A stretch of DNA of 64,000 bases from Marsupella aquatica (taxonomy: Eukaryota; Plantae; Marchantiophyta), in assembly GCA_973895155.1 (NCBI GenBank), contig OZ316892.1, positions 24,499,971-24,563,970 on the forward strand, given 5' to 3'. Positions 47,551-61,214 of this stretch are shown here, in pieces. The position numbers and the translations under genes are program-made. The notes under the pieces are model-generated. The model saw only the letters and a program-made list of their open reading frames with translations. It did no database searches and was not told the origin of the DNA. How positions within the stretch are numbered: the stretch's first letter is position 1; each line of letters starts with the position of its first letter.

Positions 47551-48633
47551 ATGGTGGAGAAGAGCAAATCCATCATTGAGCATAGAGCATATGCGCGGGT
47601 GGGCTTCCTCGGTAACCCGAGCGATGGGTACTACGGCAAGACGATCTCCTTCTCTCTCGCCAACTTCTTTGCCACGGTATGGCTGGAGCCTTCTCCGACT
47701 TTGCTTTTCAAGCCTCATCTCCAACACGACCCGACAGAGTTCGCATCCGTGGAACACCTGTTGAGCCGCATTCGGGGAGAAGGGTATTATGGAGGACTGC
47801 GGCTGCTAGCGGCAGCCTGCAAGGTTTTCCATGAGTACTTTGGGGGCAAGGGCGTCACTCTCCATGAGAAGAACTTCACTTTGTCTTATGACACCAACAT
47901 TCCTCGGCAGGCTGGGCTGTCCGGGTCCAGTGCAATTGTTTGGGCTACTTTGCAGTGCCTTCTGGAATTCTATGAGATTCCCAGTGCGTCTGTGGATGTC
48001 GACTATTTGCCCACTTTGATCTTGAGTGCTGAGGAGCAGCTTGGCATTACTGCAGGGCTGCAGGATAGGGTGATTCAGGTGTATGGTGGGATTGTGTACA
48101 TGGATTTTGACAGGAGTATGATGGAGAATTCAAAGAAGGGGATTTACGTACCTCTTGATCCAGCCCTTCTTCCTACTTTATATCTCATTTATGCTGTGAA
48201 TCCCAGTGATTCTGGCAAGGTGCACAGTGATGTGAAAAAACGTTGGTTAGGAGGAGATCAAAAGATCAGAGACCTCATCTCAGAGGTGGCCGAGGTGTCA
48301 GTGGAGGGCCGGGTGGCATTGGAGGAGCGTGATTACGCCAGGCTTGCCAAACTCATGGACAAGAATTTTAATTTGCGTAGGAAGATTTTTGGAGATGATG
48401 TCCTTGGCGATATGAATATCAAGATGGTGAAGATGGCAAGGAACGTTGGGGCAGCTTGTAAATTCACAGGAAGTGGAGGGGCAGTAGTGGCTTTTTGTCC
48501 CAAAGGTGCTGTCCAAGAAAAGGTCTTAGTAGAGGCTTGTAAGGCAGCTGGCTTCACTGTGGAAGTCTGTCGCATTGGTCCCTCCAATGTGAAGACAGCA
48601 AACAATAGACTCTTTCTGCAACAGCATCACTAA
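47551..48633 (+). CDS. GlcAK: Glucuronokinase (GHMP kinase family), 360 aa, single exon
   Basis: IEHRAYARVGFLGNPSDGYYGKTIS; GHMP motif IPRQAGLSGSSA; LGITAGLQDRVIQVYGG; NPSDSGKVHS; KFTGSGGAVV. Confidence 0.95.
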   Translation: MVEKSKSIIEHRAYARVGFLGNPSDGYYGKTISFSLANFFATVWLEPSPTLLFKPHLQHDPTEFASVEHLLSRIRGEGYYGGLRLLAAACKVFHEYFGGKGVTLHEKNFTLSYDTNIPRQAGLSGSSAIVWATLQCLLEFYEIPSASVDVDYLPTLILSAEEQLGITAGLQDRVIQVYGGIVYMDFDRSMMENSKKGIYVPLDPALLPTLYLIYAVNPSDSGKVHSDVKKRWLGGDQKIRDLISEVAEVSVEGRVALEERDYARLAKLMDKNFNLRRKIFGDDVLGDMNIKMVKMARNVGAACKFTGSGGAVVAFCPKGAVQEKVLVEACKAAGFTVEVCRIGPSNVKTANNRLFLQQHH

Positions 48634-49635
48634 AGTTCCTGCCAAAGCTCTCGTATTGCATTCGATGGGGCATTGTACTTGCGGCAGCAGAGGATTAATT
48701 GTTTCCATTCTCATCCGGAGGAGTTTCGCAAAATATTGTACAGAGGAGATGAATATGATCGTATCAAGATTCATATAGGTGTACACCCCATGTTAGGAGG
48801 ATTTTGACAGTCTTTCACTGGAATGGTCAAGACGATCACCATTAACGCAAAGATTTGTATATGTGTCTATCCAACGGGGAGGAATTTGAGAACATATTTC
48901 AGAGGTTAGAAAGATCATTATTGAACCAAGATTTGTCAAGGACCCACGTTAAGTGAACCTGAGAGTACACGTCAGGCAAGATCTTTCATTGTGCATACCA
49001 CCCATATTGGGTGAATCCAATCAAATATTGCACGAGGAGAGTGAACACCGTTTATCGCATGAGCAAGTGATAAACGATTGTGTTCTCTGGACGTAGAAAG
49101 TATATGAATTTATGGCCTGGTATGGCATTTCACCAACCATTTATCTCCAGTCGACTCCGTCTGTTTGCTGAATACTTGTCTACCGTAAGAGTACTATGCT
49201 CAAAAGTACGAGGATTGCAAATCTCCGTACTTGGTTGGTGTGTTTGATCATGTTTATTTCTTTGTGCCGGTGACCATTTACAAACAGCGCTGGGGATAGG
49301 TGATGATTCTCGTTTACAACCACCAGATACACGACAATAAATACATCCAACCTGGACTTGCGTGGTGGTACTTATCCATTTGGAAATTTATTTCCTGTGG
49401 TCGTATCATCAGACTAATGTCACGATGTTTTCGTGCATAGGGTAAAGCCCCTGTTCCCGGGACATAACACGCGGGTGGCAAAACTTCTCAACATTTCACC
49501 AGACCTGCGGTTTTGCCATGGAAGAAGGTCATCGGGCTTCCGAAAGTTTACTGTGCATTGACACTACGTTACGCTGGCCCAACCTAGAGGTAACCAAACC
49601 GACAGTGCTATTGCTACGAAATAAGCTATCGCCAC

Positions 49636-49960
49636 GGGGATTTGCTTGATTAGGGTGCAAAAAGGGTTTCATGATGGGGGTGCAATAAAATAGATTTGCC
49701 TGATCGGGTGCGAGAAGTGATTCGCTTGATGGATGCAAAAAGAAATTACTGTACTGCCTTGATGGGGACTCCAACTATGAGATTGGGCTCCAATTTTGAG
49801 ATTTGCTTGATGGGGTGGACCCACAAATTGCTACCAGCCCCACACTGCTCCTGTTACTACCAAATCAGCTTTGGCCAGCAGGGATTTGCTTCATCAGGGT
49901 GCAAAACTGATGACGAAACAAACGTTCGCCTACAGGGTTCTGCTTCATCAGGATGCAAAT
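49636..49960 (+). repeat. Array of about 8 copies of a ~20-nt motif with variable spacers
   Basis: GATTTGC(T/C)T(G/C)AT(N)(A/G)GG(G/A)TGCAA-like copies near 49638, 49670, 49694, 49719, 49756, 49800, 49883 and 49938. Confidence 0.6.
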
Positions 49961-51257
49961 TTACGATTCTGTAATAGAAAGCATCATTTTGCAACCCCCA
50001 TAAAGCACAACCCTGTTGAGCCAAATTTGAAGGAAGTGTTTTGCCTGTCACATCCGTTACTATTGAGCACACCTTAAACATTAAAAAAAAACCATCAAAA
50101 CTTAAAATTGGAAGCCACAGAGCTAAAGGAATTAAATGTCATGGGGGACTGAGGCCCACGTGGTCCAGTGACAGGCAACTCGGCTCAACTGTTAAGTTGA
50201 CAGACTTGGAGCATGAAACTTAGTACTCATCGTTTCGTCGGTTTAGCGACAACAGGGCCTAAAACTTCAAAACTCGAATCATTTCTTCATATCAAAACCT
50301 AAATGTCACGAGTGTCAAATTGGTTCGGTGAGTGAGAGCCTTGGCTTAACTATCACATACATGATCGCTACCATAGTCTTTGGAAGCAAGTATGTAAGTA
50401 TTTCTCAAACAGCTTCCACAATACCGTGCTTGTCCCTCGAGTAATCCTTCCCATCGTCACTCGACTCTCCGCTAAAAATCTTTGCCCTTCATTTACGCTC
50501 GAACCTCTGATTCCCTTTCCTCCAAAACTGACAACATGAACATCATGCTCATCGTGACACATCCAAAACGAGCCCAAGCATCCTCAATAACATAAGATCC
50601 TGGGGTTAAGGCCATGACTGATGCATTTGATTAAAATTCGACCAAGTTTCTTGTCATAATGTCATGTCAGACGGCTTAAACGATGAACGGAAACAAGATA
50701 AGCTGCAAAATTTGCAGAGCTTTGTATTAAATCCAACAGCCACAAACTTTCAATATGAAAATATCTCAAACCGAGTTCCATGTGAAATGGTACAACAATG
50801 GGTCCTCAGAAACAATATTCAATGCATATCTATCACAATGTTGATACAGGAGAGACAACCATCCTCAACGGGGTAATTGCTGGCAATACGTACAAAGTCC
50901 AGGCTGCAGCTATCTACGTGAACTACCACACAACTTACAAAAACGCTAAGAACTTCAATGCAGTCCTCGTACAACCCCACCGGACAAGCCATATTTAATC
51001 GAGTAAAGAATTTGGTGGAGAGCTAGATACTTGAGCGCTTTATTGGAAGACAGGACCGGGCTGAGACTTGTGGATTTGACTACAAACTCAGCTCTCCACA
51101 TAAGGCAGTACAAAAAAATAGCCTCCAGTCTGCTCCTTATGTGGGTGAACATAATCACAAGCACAACAGTTCCAACGTCTCCATAGCCGTTCATGTCTGA
51201 AGTAGTGAAAGACCGAATCAGCCAATGACAAGATCCAACTATCCCATTGAAGCAGTT

Positions 51258-54191
51258 TCATGTCAACTCATCCTCCTCAACTTCTTTGGCCTTTAGAGCA
51301 TTCTTAGCTCGGAGAAGAAGCATCGTTTTCCATTGATCCTGCAGCCGACATGGATTCCTTCCTTTAGCAACCACAGAGAGAGGCTGATTATGAATGGAAG
51401 TATCAAGAGCAACCAAACAGCAATGAAAATGAATTTCAGTCGACCCACGGGATATCAAGCCTTTTGCTACTTGCCACAAAGGGATTGCGAATGCAAAGTA
51501 AGATCCCTTAAACACCATTTGAGAAGCAATCGGTTAACTGTATTATTAATGTGAATTATTAGTAAGAGTCTATAGCGTTTCCGTCCACCTCAAGGGTCAT
51601 CTCTTTTAAAAAGGCTTCAATGTTTCATGCTGGGAAAGAGACTTACTAGGCGTGACATACTGTCGTACTCCTTTACAACATCGGTAAATTTTCCAACATC
51701 AACCTCATCTACTGAAACTGCCAAGTCCTGAATAAGAATAACACAATCACATATATCCTTCGTGTGATTAAAAATCAATTCCAGAAGCACTGAACTTGAA
51801 ACGAATAGGCACAGAGAAGAAATGTACGTACGACTCCAATTCATGCTCTCTTTCTCCTCTCCAAAGGTAAATTTCAAAAGCAGAAAGAGCCAAAATAAAA
51901 AGGAAGGAATCAAATAATTTAAGTTAGGTTCGTACGACCAAAAACTTGGCTTCCCGTGTGTTGCTAAAAGTTGGATCCAGGTCCTGCAAAAGTCCACAAG
52001 AAAGAAATTAGAGCATAACTGATTAAAGTCCATATCTATAGTCAATCTCAAATCAGCGAAGCCGTCTAAATGTAACATCGACATTTACTTACATTGTACT
52101 TTTCCAAGGCATTGTTTATGGCAACGGCGTCACTGCCACAAAGATGGCACAACCCGGCATTCAAAAGATAGCCCTTGACGCTGTACTTCAGAAGGTTGCT
52201 GTCCAACGACTGCCTCGCAACTGACTCATATATCTCGATTGCCTTCGCATACCTACCATTACAATACCAAACATGTAGTCACCAAATGGACCCGTCCACA
52301 CAAATGACTCTAAATCCACTTGGACATGCGTCATGCAATTCATGAATCTTGAACTTGCCATCCGGTTGGGACAGCAGATAGTTAAGCCAACTTCTGCTTT
52401 CAAAACGACACCTAGCAAACGTTCAACTTCCATCAGTAGATGGTACTCACTGTTCAAGCTCTGCGGCATATTCTGCCACCTTTAGTCTGCACTGATTGCC
52501 TGTACTGTTGGCCTCCTCACCCGAGTAGAGGTCAGCTGCCTTCTCGTAGTATTCCATTGCCTTCTGTGCATTTTCTTCTTTACCATATATTTCAGCAATG
52601 TCCTGCATCAACAAATGTCAACCACGGTCCTTGTTTGAGTTCATTTCCTTGCAGTGTTCGAAGGAATACGACATATAGGAGTAGTGTTCCCAAACACAGC
52701 CTAATGAATACCCCTCTTAAATGCGGGTCAATAGATACAAAGGTTTTGCCACACTGGATACAACCAAGGAAATCTTCACGACTTCAGAGCATCACATTGA
52801 TCAGTTTGCTACTCAATCAAATATGTGGGATTAATCTCGACTCCGACTTCACACAACTTTAACCGGAACAAGCTCGGCAACTTATATTACAGAGGCCACT
52901 TTCATAAACGAAAGAAAGTCTCAGACGAGAAAAATTACAGAGAATATCGCAGGAAGATGAGTTTACCTTCAGATACTTTGCTGCCATAGATAGGCGACCA
53001 ATTTCCATATAAAGCTGTACACCTGTGCTTAAAGAATTTATTGCTTCTGTAATTACAAAGTGACACCCAACATCAGAGACTGTCCCTCCAAGTGGGTGAC
53101 CTAGGTTGACCTTCTTAAACCCTAGAAACAGAACGCAGTTGAATACATGAACATCTCGCAATTCTTACATGCAGTTCCAATCAAGCTCTGTCAAACGACC
53201 TTCTCCAGATAAGTCCGCAAATGAGGTGAAGAGGTAACTCGTGCGTGATCTAAAAGACGCATAGAAAAACACGCAAACGCTTCGAAAAACAGGCAATTTA
53301 ACAATGCATGGTTCGAAAGAAGCGGAACTTAGAAATCCCTGGGCAGCTTCGTAGATCATACTAACCTTGAGGTTGAGTTTTCTTGTAGCAATTCGCCGCA
53401 TCCACGAAAGCGGATGCTGCCTCATGTTTACTTTCCAGCTGTTCAAAGTTTAAAAGAGAGCCACTAAAATGTGTAAATCTTTCAATACATTAAATGCCAC
53501 GAAGAATAACTAAAATCCCTGTTATCTACAGCGAGGTACAGCTCACAACTCCAATCAACGAACATTCTGTACTTAGACCTAAACGCCTCACCCTATTAGC
53601 ACCGACGAAAGTGAGAAAAAGGCATGTCTGACTAGTCCACATCCGTTAGATTCACCCTTGTCTCAGAAGTCGACGGTTAACACACCTTGATGTGGCAATT
53701 TGCAAGTTTTACATATGCTTGTGCAGCCTTGTCCCCTGAACGACCCCACGAAGAATGTGAGCACTGGGTTACAAAAGTAGCCTATCCTTTGAGATGTGAG
53801 CTATTACGAATTAATTCTGGAACAACCAAGGCAAGGGTGGCCATAATCTGGTTACCGTGGAACCCACACGGCATCAAATAACGGTCAAAATAGCACCTCG
53901 TTGTCACACCCAAATGCATGCATGTCGTGATCGAAGGTCCCAGGAAATCTGAGAACGCGACTCAGAGACTCACAACGAGGACAAAGGACATTTCAACTGA
54001 CGGGTAGATAGCAATAAATCGATCGACTGACGAGCCAAATCCTTACAGGCTTTAGCAAGTTTATACGAGTTTCCAGCTTTTTCAAGAAGCTCCGCAGCGT
54101 CCTCATACTTGCTTCCAAAGAGACCCCATCCTTTCAACTTCTTCTCCGCCTTCTGCTCATAATCCAGGCCTTGTGATTCCAGATCTCCCAT
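51258..54191 (-). CDS. ASNAP: Alpha-soluble NSF attachment protein (alpha-SNAP), 9 exons
   Basis: Exons: 54191-54047, 53735-53686, 53438-53366, 53046-52967, 52602-52451, 52252-52093, 51983-51936, 51727-51647, 51338-51258. They give [22 protein letters not shown]...[20 protein letters not shown]...[20 protein letters not shown]...[15 protein letters not shown]...[12 protein letters not shown]...EEDELT. Confidence 0.96.
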
Positions 54192-54559
54192 TTTCTCACC
54201 CTGCCCTCCAAACACTCCAGAATAATGCTAACCTGATCTGCCTGTCTCAACTATCACAACTTCACTGCCGGCTATGCGGAATGAGCAATCCGCCAGCCTC
54301 TCCTCCTTCCCGTCAAGCGCTCCAATTCCGATCGAAACGGATCGCTTCACGCCGTCGTCACTCTCTAGTCTCGTGATAATGAAGCCACCATATCCTCTCC
54401 TGTTGCTGAGTGTCTTCGTGTTCCGGTGTTCCTTCACGGTTCTCCTTCCTGTCCCTCTCCACAGAAGTTCCGCTGCTACTGCTCCTTCTGCTCTGCTTGG
54501 TCGGTCGGTCCCACGGAGGACGAGAAATGACAACGACGATGAAAAAGCTTGAATGACAA

Positions 54560-54810
54560 GACTGAATGAAACGTGTCCCTAATAATTCTCCGAACGCGTC
54601 CTTCTCCTCGTCGTGTTACCTGCTCTCTCTTTCCACTCAGACCTCAAAGCCCAATTGAAAACCTCGACTGAGAATGAAAGCAATGACGATGAAACCGGTC
54701 CCTAACGATCCTCGGAACGCGTGCTTCTCCTCGACTTTTTCTCTCCTCTCAAAGCCCCAGTGAAAACCTTGACTGACATGAAACCTGTCCCTAATTCTCG
54801 GAACTCGTCA
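54560..54810. repeat. ~90-120-bp degenerate tandem repeat, 3 copies, upstream of alpha-SNAP
   Basis: atgaaac..gtccctaa...ctc.gaac.cgt occurs near 54566, 54689 and 54778. Confidence 0.75.
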
Positions 54811-54835
54811 TCTCTCTCTCTCTCTCTCGTGTCCG

Positions 54836-54965
54836 GTAACCATGGTTTGGAGTGAGTTTAGAGCAGCCTATTTTTTAAGGATTTTACTTTTTGCTCTCTC
54901 GTTTCCAGTAACCATGGTTTGGAGTGAGTTTAGAGCAGCGTATTTTTCAAGGATTTTTACTTTTT
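54836..54965. repeat. ~72-bp tandem duplication
   Basis: gtaaccatggtttggagtgagtttagagcagc.tatttttt.aaggattttactttt occurs twice, with a related copy near 55262. Confidence 0.85.
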
Positions 54966-55195
54966 CACCAAAGTGGCTAATGTACAGTGTGTGAAGGAGA
55001 AGATGCTCAAAAGATTCCATATTCAATTATTTTTTGATCATCATATCTCCCCAGGCTGACAGGTAGATTCTGGCTAATGGGACAGAAAAATAGTAGCAAT
55101 TTTTTGCCAAAAGTGGCATAAGATTTTTGGGGAGGTGAAATTTGGCAACTTTTTGCCACCAAAAAAATGCTGGTTTAGAGCATCTCCAAGGTGAA

Positions 55196-55198
<3 letters not shown>

Positions 55199-55244
<46 letters not shown>
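55199..55244. repeat. (CT)n microsatellite
   Basis: Run of about 23 CT units. Confidence 0.95.
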
Positions 55245-55248
<4 letters not shown>

Positions 55249-58158
55249 GAATTACATATAGGGTAACCCATGGCCTGGAGTGGGTTAGAGCATCTTCAAC
55301 GTGAACGACATCTTGCATACAGTCACCACCTACAAAAAGACATTTGAACTCAAACAGACCTCTATTCAACACAATGGCAGGGGGTTGTGTTTCAAGTTTT
55401 GACCAGAGACTGTTCTACATTGAGCACAAAGGTAGAAATTTATTACTTGAATGACAACTCCCATTTTTTTACACTAAATGAAAACAGATAGTCAAAACGC
55501 AAATATAACAGTTGGAGTGCACTATTCAAATAGTGCGTCTTATGGCCCACTATTTGAATACAGCTCATGGCATTGTGTTTGGAGTAAGACCGCAATGTTG
55601 CCCTTTCTTTGACCTCTATCCTCTCCAGAAAGAAGAGTTGGCATACCCACTTCAAAACCCCAAGCACATCCAGGATATGTCGTGGAATCTTGGATGTAGA
55701 TGGAAATACAGACCAGGATAAAAGTACCCTCTCCCGGTTGCCCTTTCGTGAAGTGCTCCAATCATAAATCCCCAAGGAGTGCACTCAGTTATCTGTTAAT
55801 CCTTGTAGATCTCTGGGATGATGTAGTTGACTGGAAACCCTAAAACCAACTGCTTTTGCTCAACAAATGATAGTGAATGTTTGAGTATGCTTCCTTACAA
55901 GCATTAAAAGGCTACATAAGTAGCGGGTCCATGAGCTAATTTTGTCTTTCTTGGAAACCTCTTTCTTTGGCACAAAATTTTGATTCCTTCTTTGGGGAAA
56001 AAAAGGTTTGATTCCTTTTTTCTTTGCCACAAAATTGAATAGTTTGCAAGACAAGAACTGGAATAAATGGAAGGACCTCTTATTGTAGTTTTTAACATCA
56101 TATGATAAATTGGATGTTAACTCTTTCATTCTAAAAAGTTGAAAATTAATTGGAACTTAACAAATTCTTGCTATAAATAAAATTTTAGGAGGTTTCTCTT
56201 GTCGGTGATATCTTTGTTATATAATCTGTTGATCTCAGCCCATCAAGAGCCCAATCAAGAGTTGACCTAAAACTTCATATCATCTCCACAGTTTAGTATC
56301 ATAAGGAAGAGGTGACAATCTTTTGCTTAAATTCCTGCCAATTTTGTGATTGAAATTTTGTTCTTGTGTTAAGTTTTTTCTGTCTTGCAGAAAATAGCTC
56401 ATCTCAGTTATTTCATGGTTGATGAAGCTTATGGACAAGAATTTTTATAATCATTTGGCTCAATATGGTGTTGCAAGCCATTGTGGCTAATGTCATCAAG
56501 TCACAACAAGCTGCTTTGTTCACAATGACAGTTGGGGGACTCAAATTTGGGTCTGCCAGCTTTTTTTGGCAGTTGACCGTAAGTTGGCCATGTTCACTCA
56601 GAGAATGACAGCAAAGGGCGGTCTGGGGCAGGAGTTTGCAATACTGAGACGCCCAGGGGCAGGCTGCATTTGGACTTTCAAGATTGTTGAGTGATCCCAA
56701 AACAACAAGGGATACAAGTGCCAAGAGTACCCGTCATATTGATTTTGAAATTTGAAATACATCATCATGGGCAACGGCTAAATACGGCAGCCTGGTATTG
56801 TCAACCACCCTCCCAGTCGCCCGTCACTTTTTGGGCACGGCCATTCAAACCACAATGCGGACCCTAATGCCTCTACCAAGCTGCCTTATTGGGGACCATT
56901 GTCCATAGAGGCTGCATCCCACATCCATTTTGACATTGGACCATGAATCTTGATTTGTGCATGGATAGAATAGTTTTAGCTTCTCACGGTGAGAAATAGT
57001 TCACAAGTACATTTAGAAAGAAATGAATAAGTTCTGACCTGTTCTCCATAGTGTGCAATTCCAAAAATGAAATTGAATCATACAAATCTCAGATTTTAGC
57101 TCTTGAGAAGGCCAGTGTTCTCATAACATTCTTGGCCATACTAGAGGTGTTAGTCACCATCTCACCCATATAGGAGCTATGATATCTAAAATGCTATTTT
57201 GGTTGATTTGGTGGGTTGAGAAGCATTAGTAGCAGAATTACTACCTTTCTCAAAACCAGATCCGATCCTACCTTTGATCTGCTGACCCTTACGTTTTGCC
57301 TGCCTCTTTCAAATCCAAGTGACATGGCATGGACTGCAAGCTTGATGAGTATTCCTTGACACAATCGTTACAGTCATATAAAACAAACTTAGAGCTGTTG
57401 GTCTGTCCCTATCCACATGTCCTTTGTAAGTGCAATAGTGTCTGAAATCAGTTTTTTTCTTCAAGTTGCACTCCTCAATTGACTTGTAAAATCCTTTACA
57501 ACAACAATGATTTTTTCTTGTAGTCTTGCCCACATATGCGTACCTGTGTAAGTCGTAAAAATTGGCTTCAAGGATTACAAACTCAATTGAGATAGGATGA
57601 AAGGATGCTCAAAACTAAATATGACCTGAGTGACTTGGGAATATGGACCTGAGAGAAACATTATAATGACATCAAATTGATTTCAACTTTGGAGTTTGAG
57701 CAAGAAAAATTTACCTTATTTCTCTATGTTTGCTGAAAATTCTTCATCCATCTATGAGCAAAAGGCTATTAGGTGGCCGACTTCTAGGTATGCCCATCTA
57801 ATCCTAGAGTTTTGACTTTCGTTCCATCCTTCATTGCTCAGCAACACAACACGACCTTCTTAACCTTCTTTGGTTTCTTACTTGGGGCTTTCTTGATGTT
57901 CTATTCAGCCTTTTTGACCTTTTGTTGTTGCAACTAGCACTTTAGTGACTTGAGGAGGCTCATCACTAATTGTAGCTCCATGAAATGTGCTTCAGGGCAA
58001 AAAAACATTTATGATGATGCTCAAGCACAAGTGTGTCTTCTAGAGCAAGGTAGCAAGCATTTGTATTCCTCATCAAACATGTATAATACAGAAGGTTGGA
58101 TGAAAACTTTGTGGAATGAATCTCCCACTTGATGGCTATATATTGTGAATCTAGTATG

Positions 58159-59409
58159 AGTCGCACAACTCGACTACCTTAACACTCAGCTCCGGTGTCG
58201 CTGACTCCAAAGTCGAGCACCTCTATGGTCCAAGTATTTGGAACGACCATCCGGAGGGGACTAAGTATGGGGAGACTAGTGAGCACGAGGCGTTGCACTA
58301 GCAAGGGCAAGGCGCTAAACTGGTGACGAGACTGGTGATGCACACTAAGGACTTAGACTAGCTTGGAGCTAGTCGGGTCATGGGATAGGCCGGACTCAGT
58401 GTGGACCGTCTGGACTTTGAATTTTGAGGGCTTGAGTGAGAGCTCCTCTTGGGCCCAAGGCTAACAAAGTTTACTTCATGTGCAACGGGCGTTTGGTGCA
58501 TGAGATATGACATGGGCCCGGTGCAACAGTTCGGGACCCCCAACTGACAATGGGTTCTTAGGGCCTAGGCATGAGCACTGGGCTGGCCCAATCACAACGG
58601 GCTAAGGCACTCCGATTACATACGTCCAACTATAAAGTTTTGGGCATAGCAAGTTAGTTGTGTGCCCATGCGTGCGGGTTGGAGTGTAGGTTGAGGGCCA
58701 AATATAGAGAACCTAAGTTGGTTGGGGGGTGGCAGGTCTCCAAAATTATATATGAGGGGAGTGGTGTCTCCCTGGGGGCCAAGGGCGAGCCCAAGTCATG
58801 AGCCGTGGCGGTCCTCATGGCAGTCGCGACACTAAGAGGAAACGCTAAATGAAAACAACGATAACTTCTCAACGGGAAGTCTGTTGGAGGATTTTTGGAT
58901 GCGTTGAAAAGATCTTGAGGAGGACTACATTCTCTTGAGCTTAGCTGGGTCTAGGGGTGCCATTCATTCTTGGGGTTTGTGGGTGCTATTTCGTCTACTG
59001 GCCAAATCTTGCCAAAATAGCAGCCAAGTTGCATTTAGTTTCCCATGGGAGCTTGCGTTGCGGGGAAGCAAAGTAGCATGGAGGTTGACTTTCAAGTGCA
59101 TTGGTCCCCTAGACTATCAGTTGGGTGGGAACCTTGGAGTTAGTTGCTAGAGTCAGGGTCAATCTGGTCCCGATGTTTTAGGACAAGCTAGCTACTTGGG
59201 CCATGAGCATGTCTTGGGGGCAAGGTAGTCAGCCAGTGACAAAGAGAAAGTGGGGAAGCATGGGCATCACACAAAGAGGGGTTGTTTGGATGAACAATGA
59301 GTGGCGGCTTTGGCTTCAATTTATGGCAAGGCCGTGCAGGCCCATGAGATTGTATTCGCTGACATCTTGAGGGGGTCACTATATCGAGGGCCATACATCG
59401 CGTGCGACG
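58159..59409. mobile_element. Possible degenerate solo LTR
   Basis: GC-richer block bounded by agtcgcac...gtgcgacg, resembling TGTCGCAC...GTGCGACA LTR ends. No TSD and no coding remnant. Confidence 0.3.
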
Positions 59410-61214
59410 TTTTAGGGTTTGACCCCCCTAACTTATAAGTGAATTTATTTTTTGGCAAAGCCCTTTCTTTCTTTAAATTTTGTCATTTTTTATTAAAAAA
59501 CCCCTTAAAACTTTAAAGAAAGTATTTTTTGCAATTAAATAGGCCTATGTGTTCTTTAAAGTCAACCAGTCAATAAAATATGCCCTATATGTTCTTCCAC
59601 CAAACTTTGGAAGTCTTTCGCCACACCCATTTAAATCTATACTTCGTCGCACGTGATGCGCCACTTCCGTGGAAGTGACCCCCCCCCCCCCCCCCCCGAG
59701 GCTGACATACTTATCAATGTCTGTTGAACTTGACTTAGGATACTAGTCATTCAGTGCCTAGATCTTATGGGTTACTTACCGAGGACTACTTGTAGAAGCA
59801 ACCAAACACCTTAGTAGGACCATTGAAGACCATTGAACGATGGTCGTGTTACTAGGGAGCAAGTGTGATTTTGTATGGGAGTTGTCACTGGAGGTGCCAA
59901 AGATACCAAGTTGCTTGCTCAAGGAGTTTCATGTAGGCGTTCGGTCACCAAGTGCACAGATGAGGATTGGGATTGGTGAGGGCACTGGGTGGCAAGGTCC
60001 ACCACTGTATGCAATTGAAACTGACTTCCATTCTTTGCCTCTACAATTGTTCCAGTCATTGTTGAAAATATGATTGGTTCACTATAACTATGCCTCAACA
60101 AAAATAAGTCATCTACTTGAAGAGGTAGATGACTTGACCACTACCACAAATGCTCCTATTGATTACCTTTGTTTTGAGCTTAATCCAATTCAAAAATAAA
60201 CTTTGCACATTCCCATTTGATAATTGGTTTTTCATGATTTGTTAGACTTGTGATCATTTTGATTGCAGTTTCTGATTTATATGAGAGGTCCTCTCTAACT
60301 TCCTTGACTCTCACTTCTCCAATCATTTCCACCTAGAACAATTTGGTTACCTCCTCCACCATTTTGCAGAGCATCATGAGTTACGTTCTTCCATATGAGA
60401 TGTTGGTTCTCAAGCGAGAATCAATCCAATTACAACAAACAACATCATCATGGCTAGTACAATAATTGCATGTACTCCTCTACGAAATGTAGTAAGTTGT
60501 ACACTTTCAATGAAAAAGTTATTGAGAGAAATCCACTCGAGAGAAATGTGTGCCTCAAAGTATTGTTCCATCCTGTATTTGTTGAAGAAGATATAGATGT
60601 CTTTGGCAACAATGCGTACATCAACCATTAAAAATTAATGTTCAATGTTCAAAGTTTTGAAGTTGGACTTTTGAAGTTTAGGGGCCCTTGTTAATCACAT
60701 GCATAGTTACTTATTGTGAGGTCAGAGTAAGTGCACCATATGTATAGAAAACAAACCACCACAAGAAGTCATTAAAATTTTTGTCTGGACAAGCCTTACA
60801 CGTCCACAAAAAGGAGCCTCATATTGTTTATACAGGATCAAAAGTTTGTGATGGGAAATGTTCCCCATTTATCTTGTAAAGTCAGGCATTCCTGGTTCCA
60901 ACAAATTCATAGCTATGCTTTTATCTTTGAGACACAAAGCTTGGAAATTGGCCCTACAGTCTTATAAAACCCTTTAGCTTATTAATTAGCCTTGGAAATT
61001 TGGGGATGATCAAGTTTCTTTTCACTCAATGAACATTTAGATTGTATCATTGTTTTGTGGGTTTCATGATTGTCCTCCACTCACTTAGTCACATAGGCCA
61101 ATTTGCCAAAATAATACATGTTATCTTCAAAGGTTTGCAGTAAAAAGATCATTGGAAGACTTGTTATTTTTGTATATTTTGCACAGTCAGCTTTTGAAGG
61201 ACTGGTGTATTATC

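Noticed and set aside
49636-49960. CRISPR-like repeat-spacer appearance
   Set aside because: The repeats are degenerate, spacer lengths are irregular, there are no cas genes and the context is eukaryotic.
56400-57950. Possible decayed coding sequence on the minus strand (e.g. an MDVGCSL motif near 56920)
   Set aside because: Stops occur in all frames and I recognised no family. It would need a translated search.
59425-59700. Single Mutator-like TIR end with a cacttccgtggaagtg palindrome and poly-C
   Set aside because: No partner TIR or TSD was found in the window.
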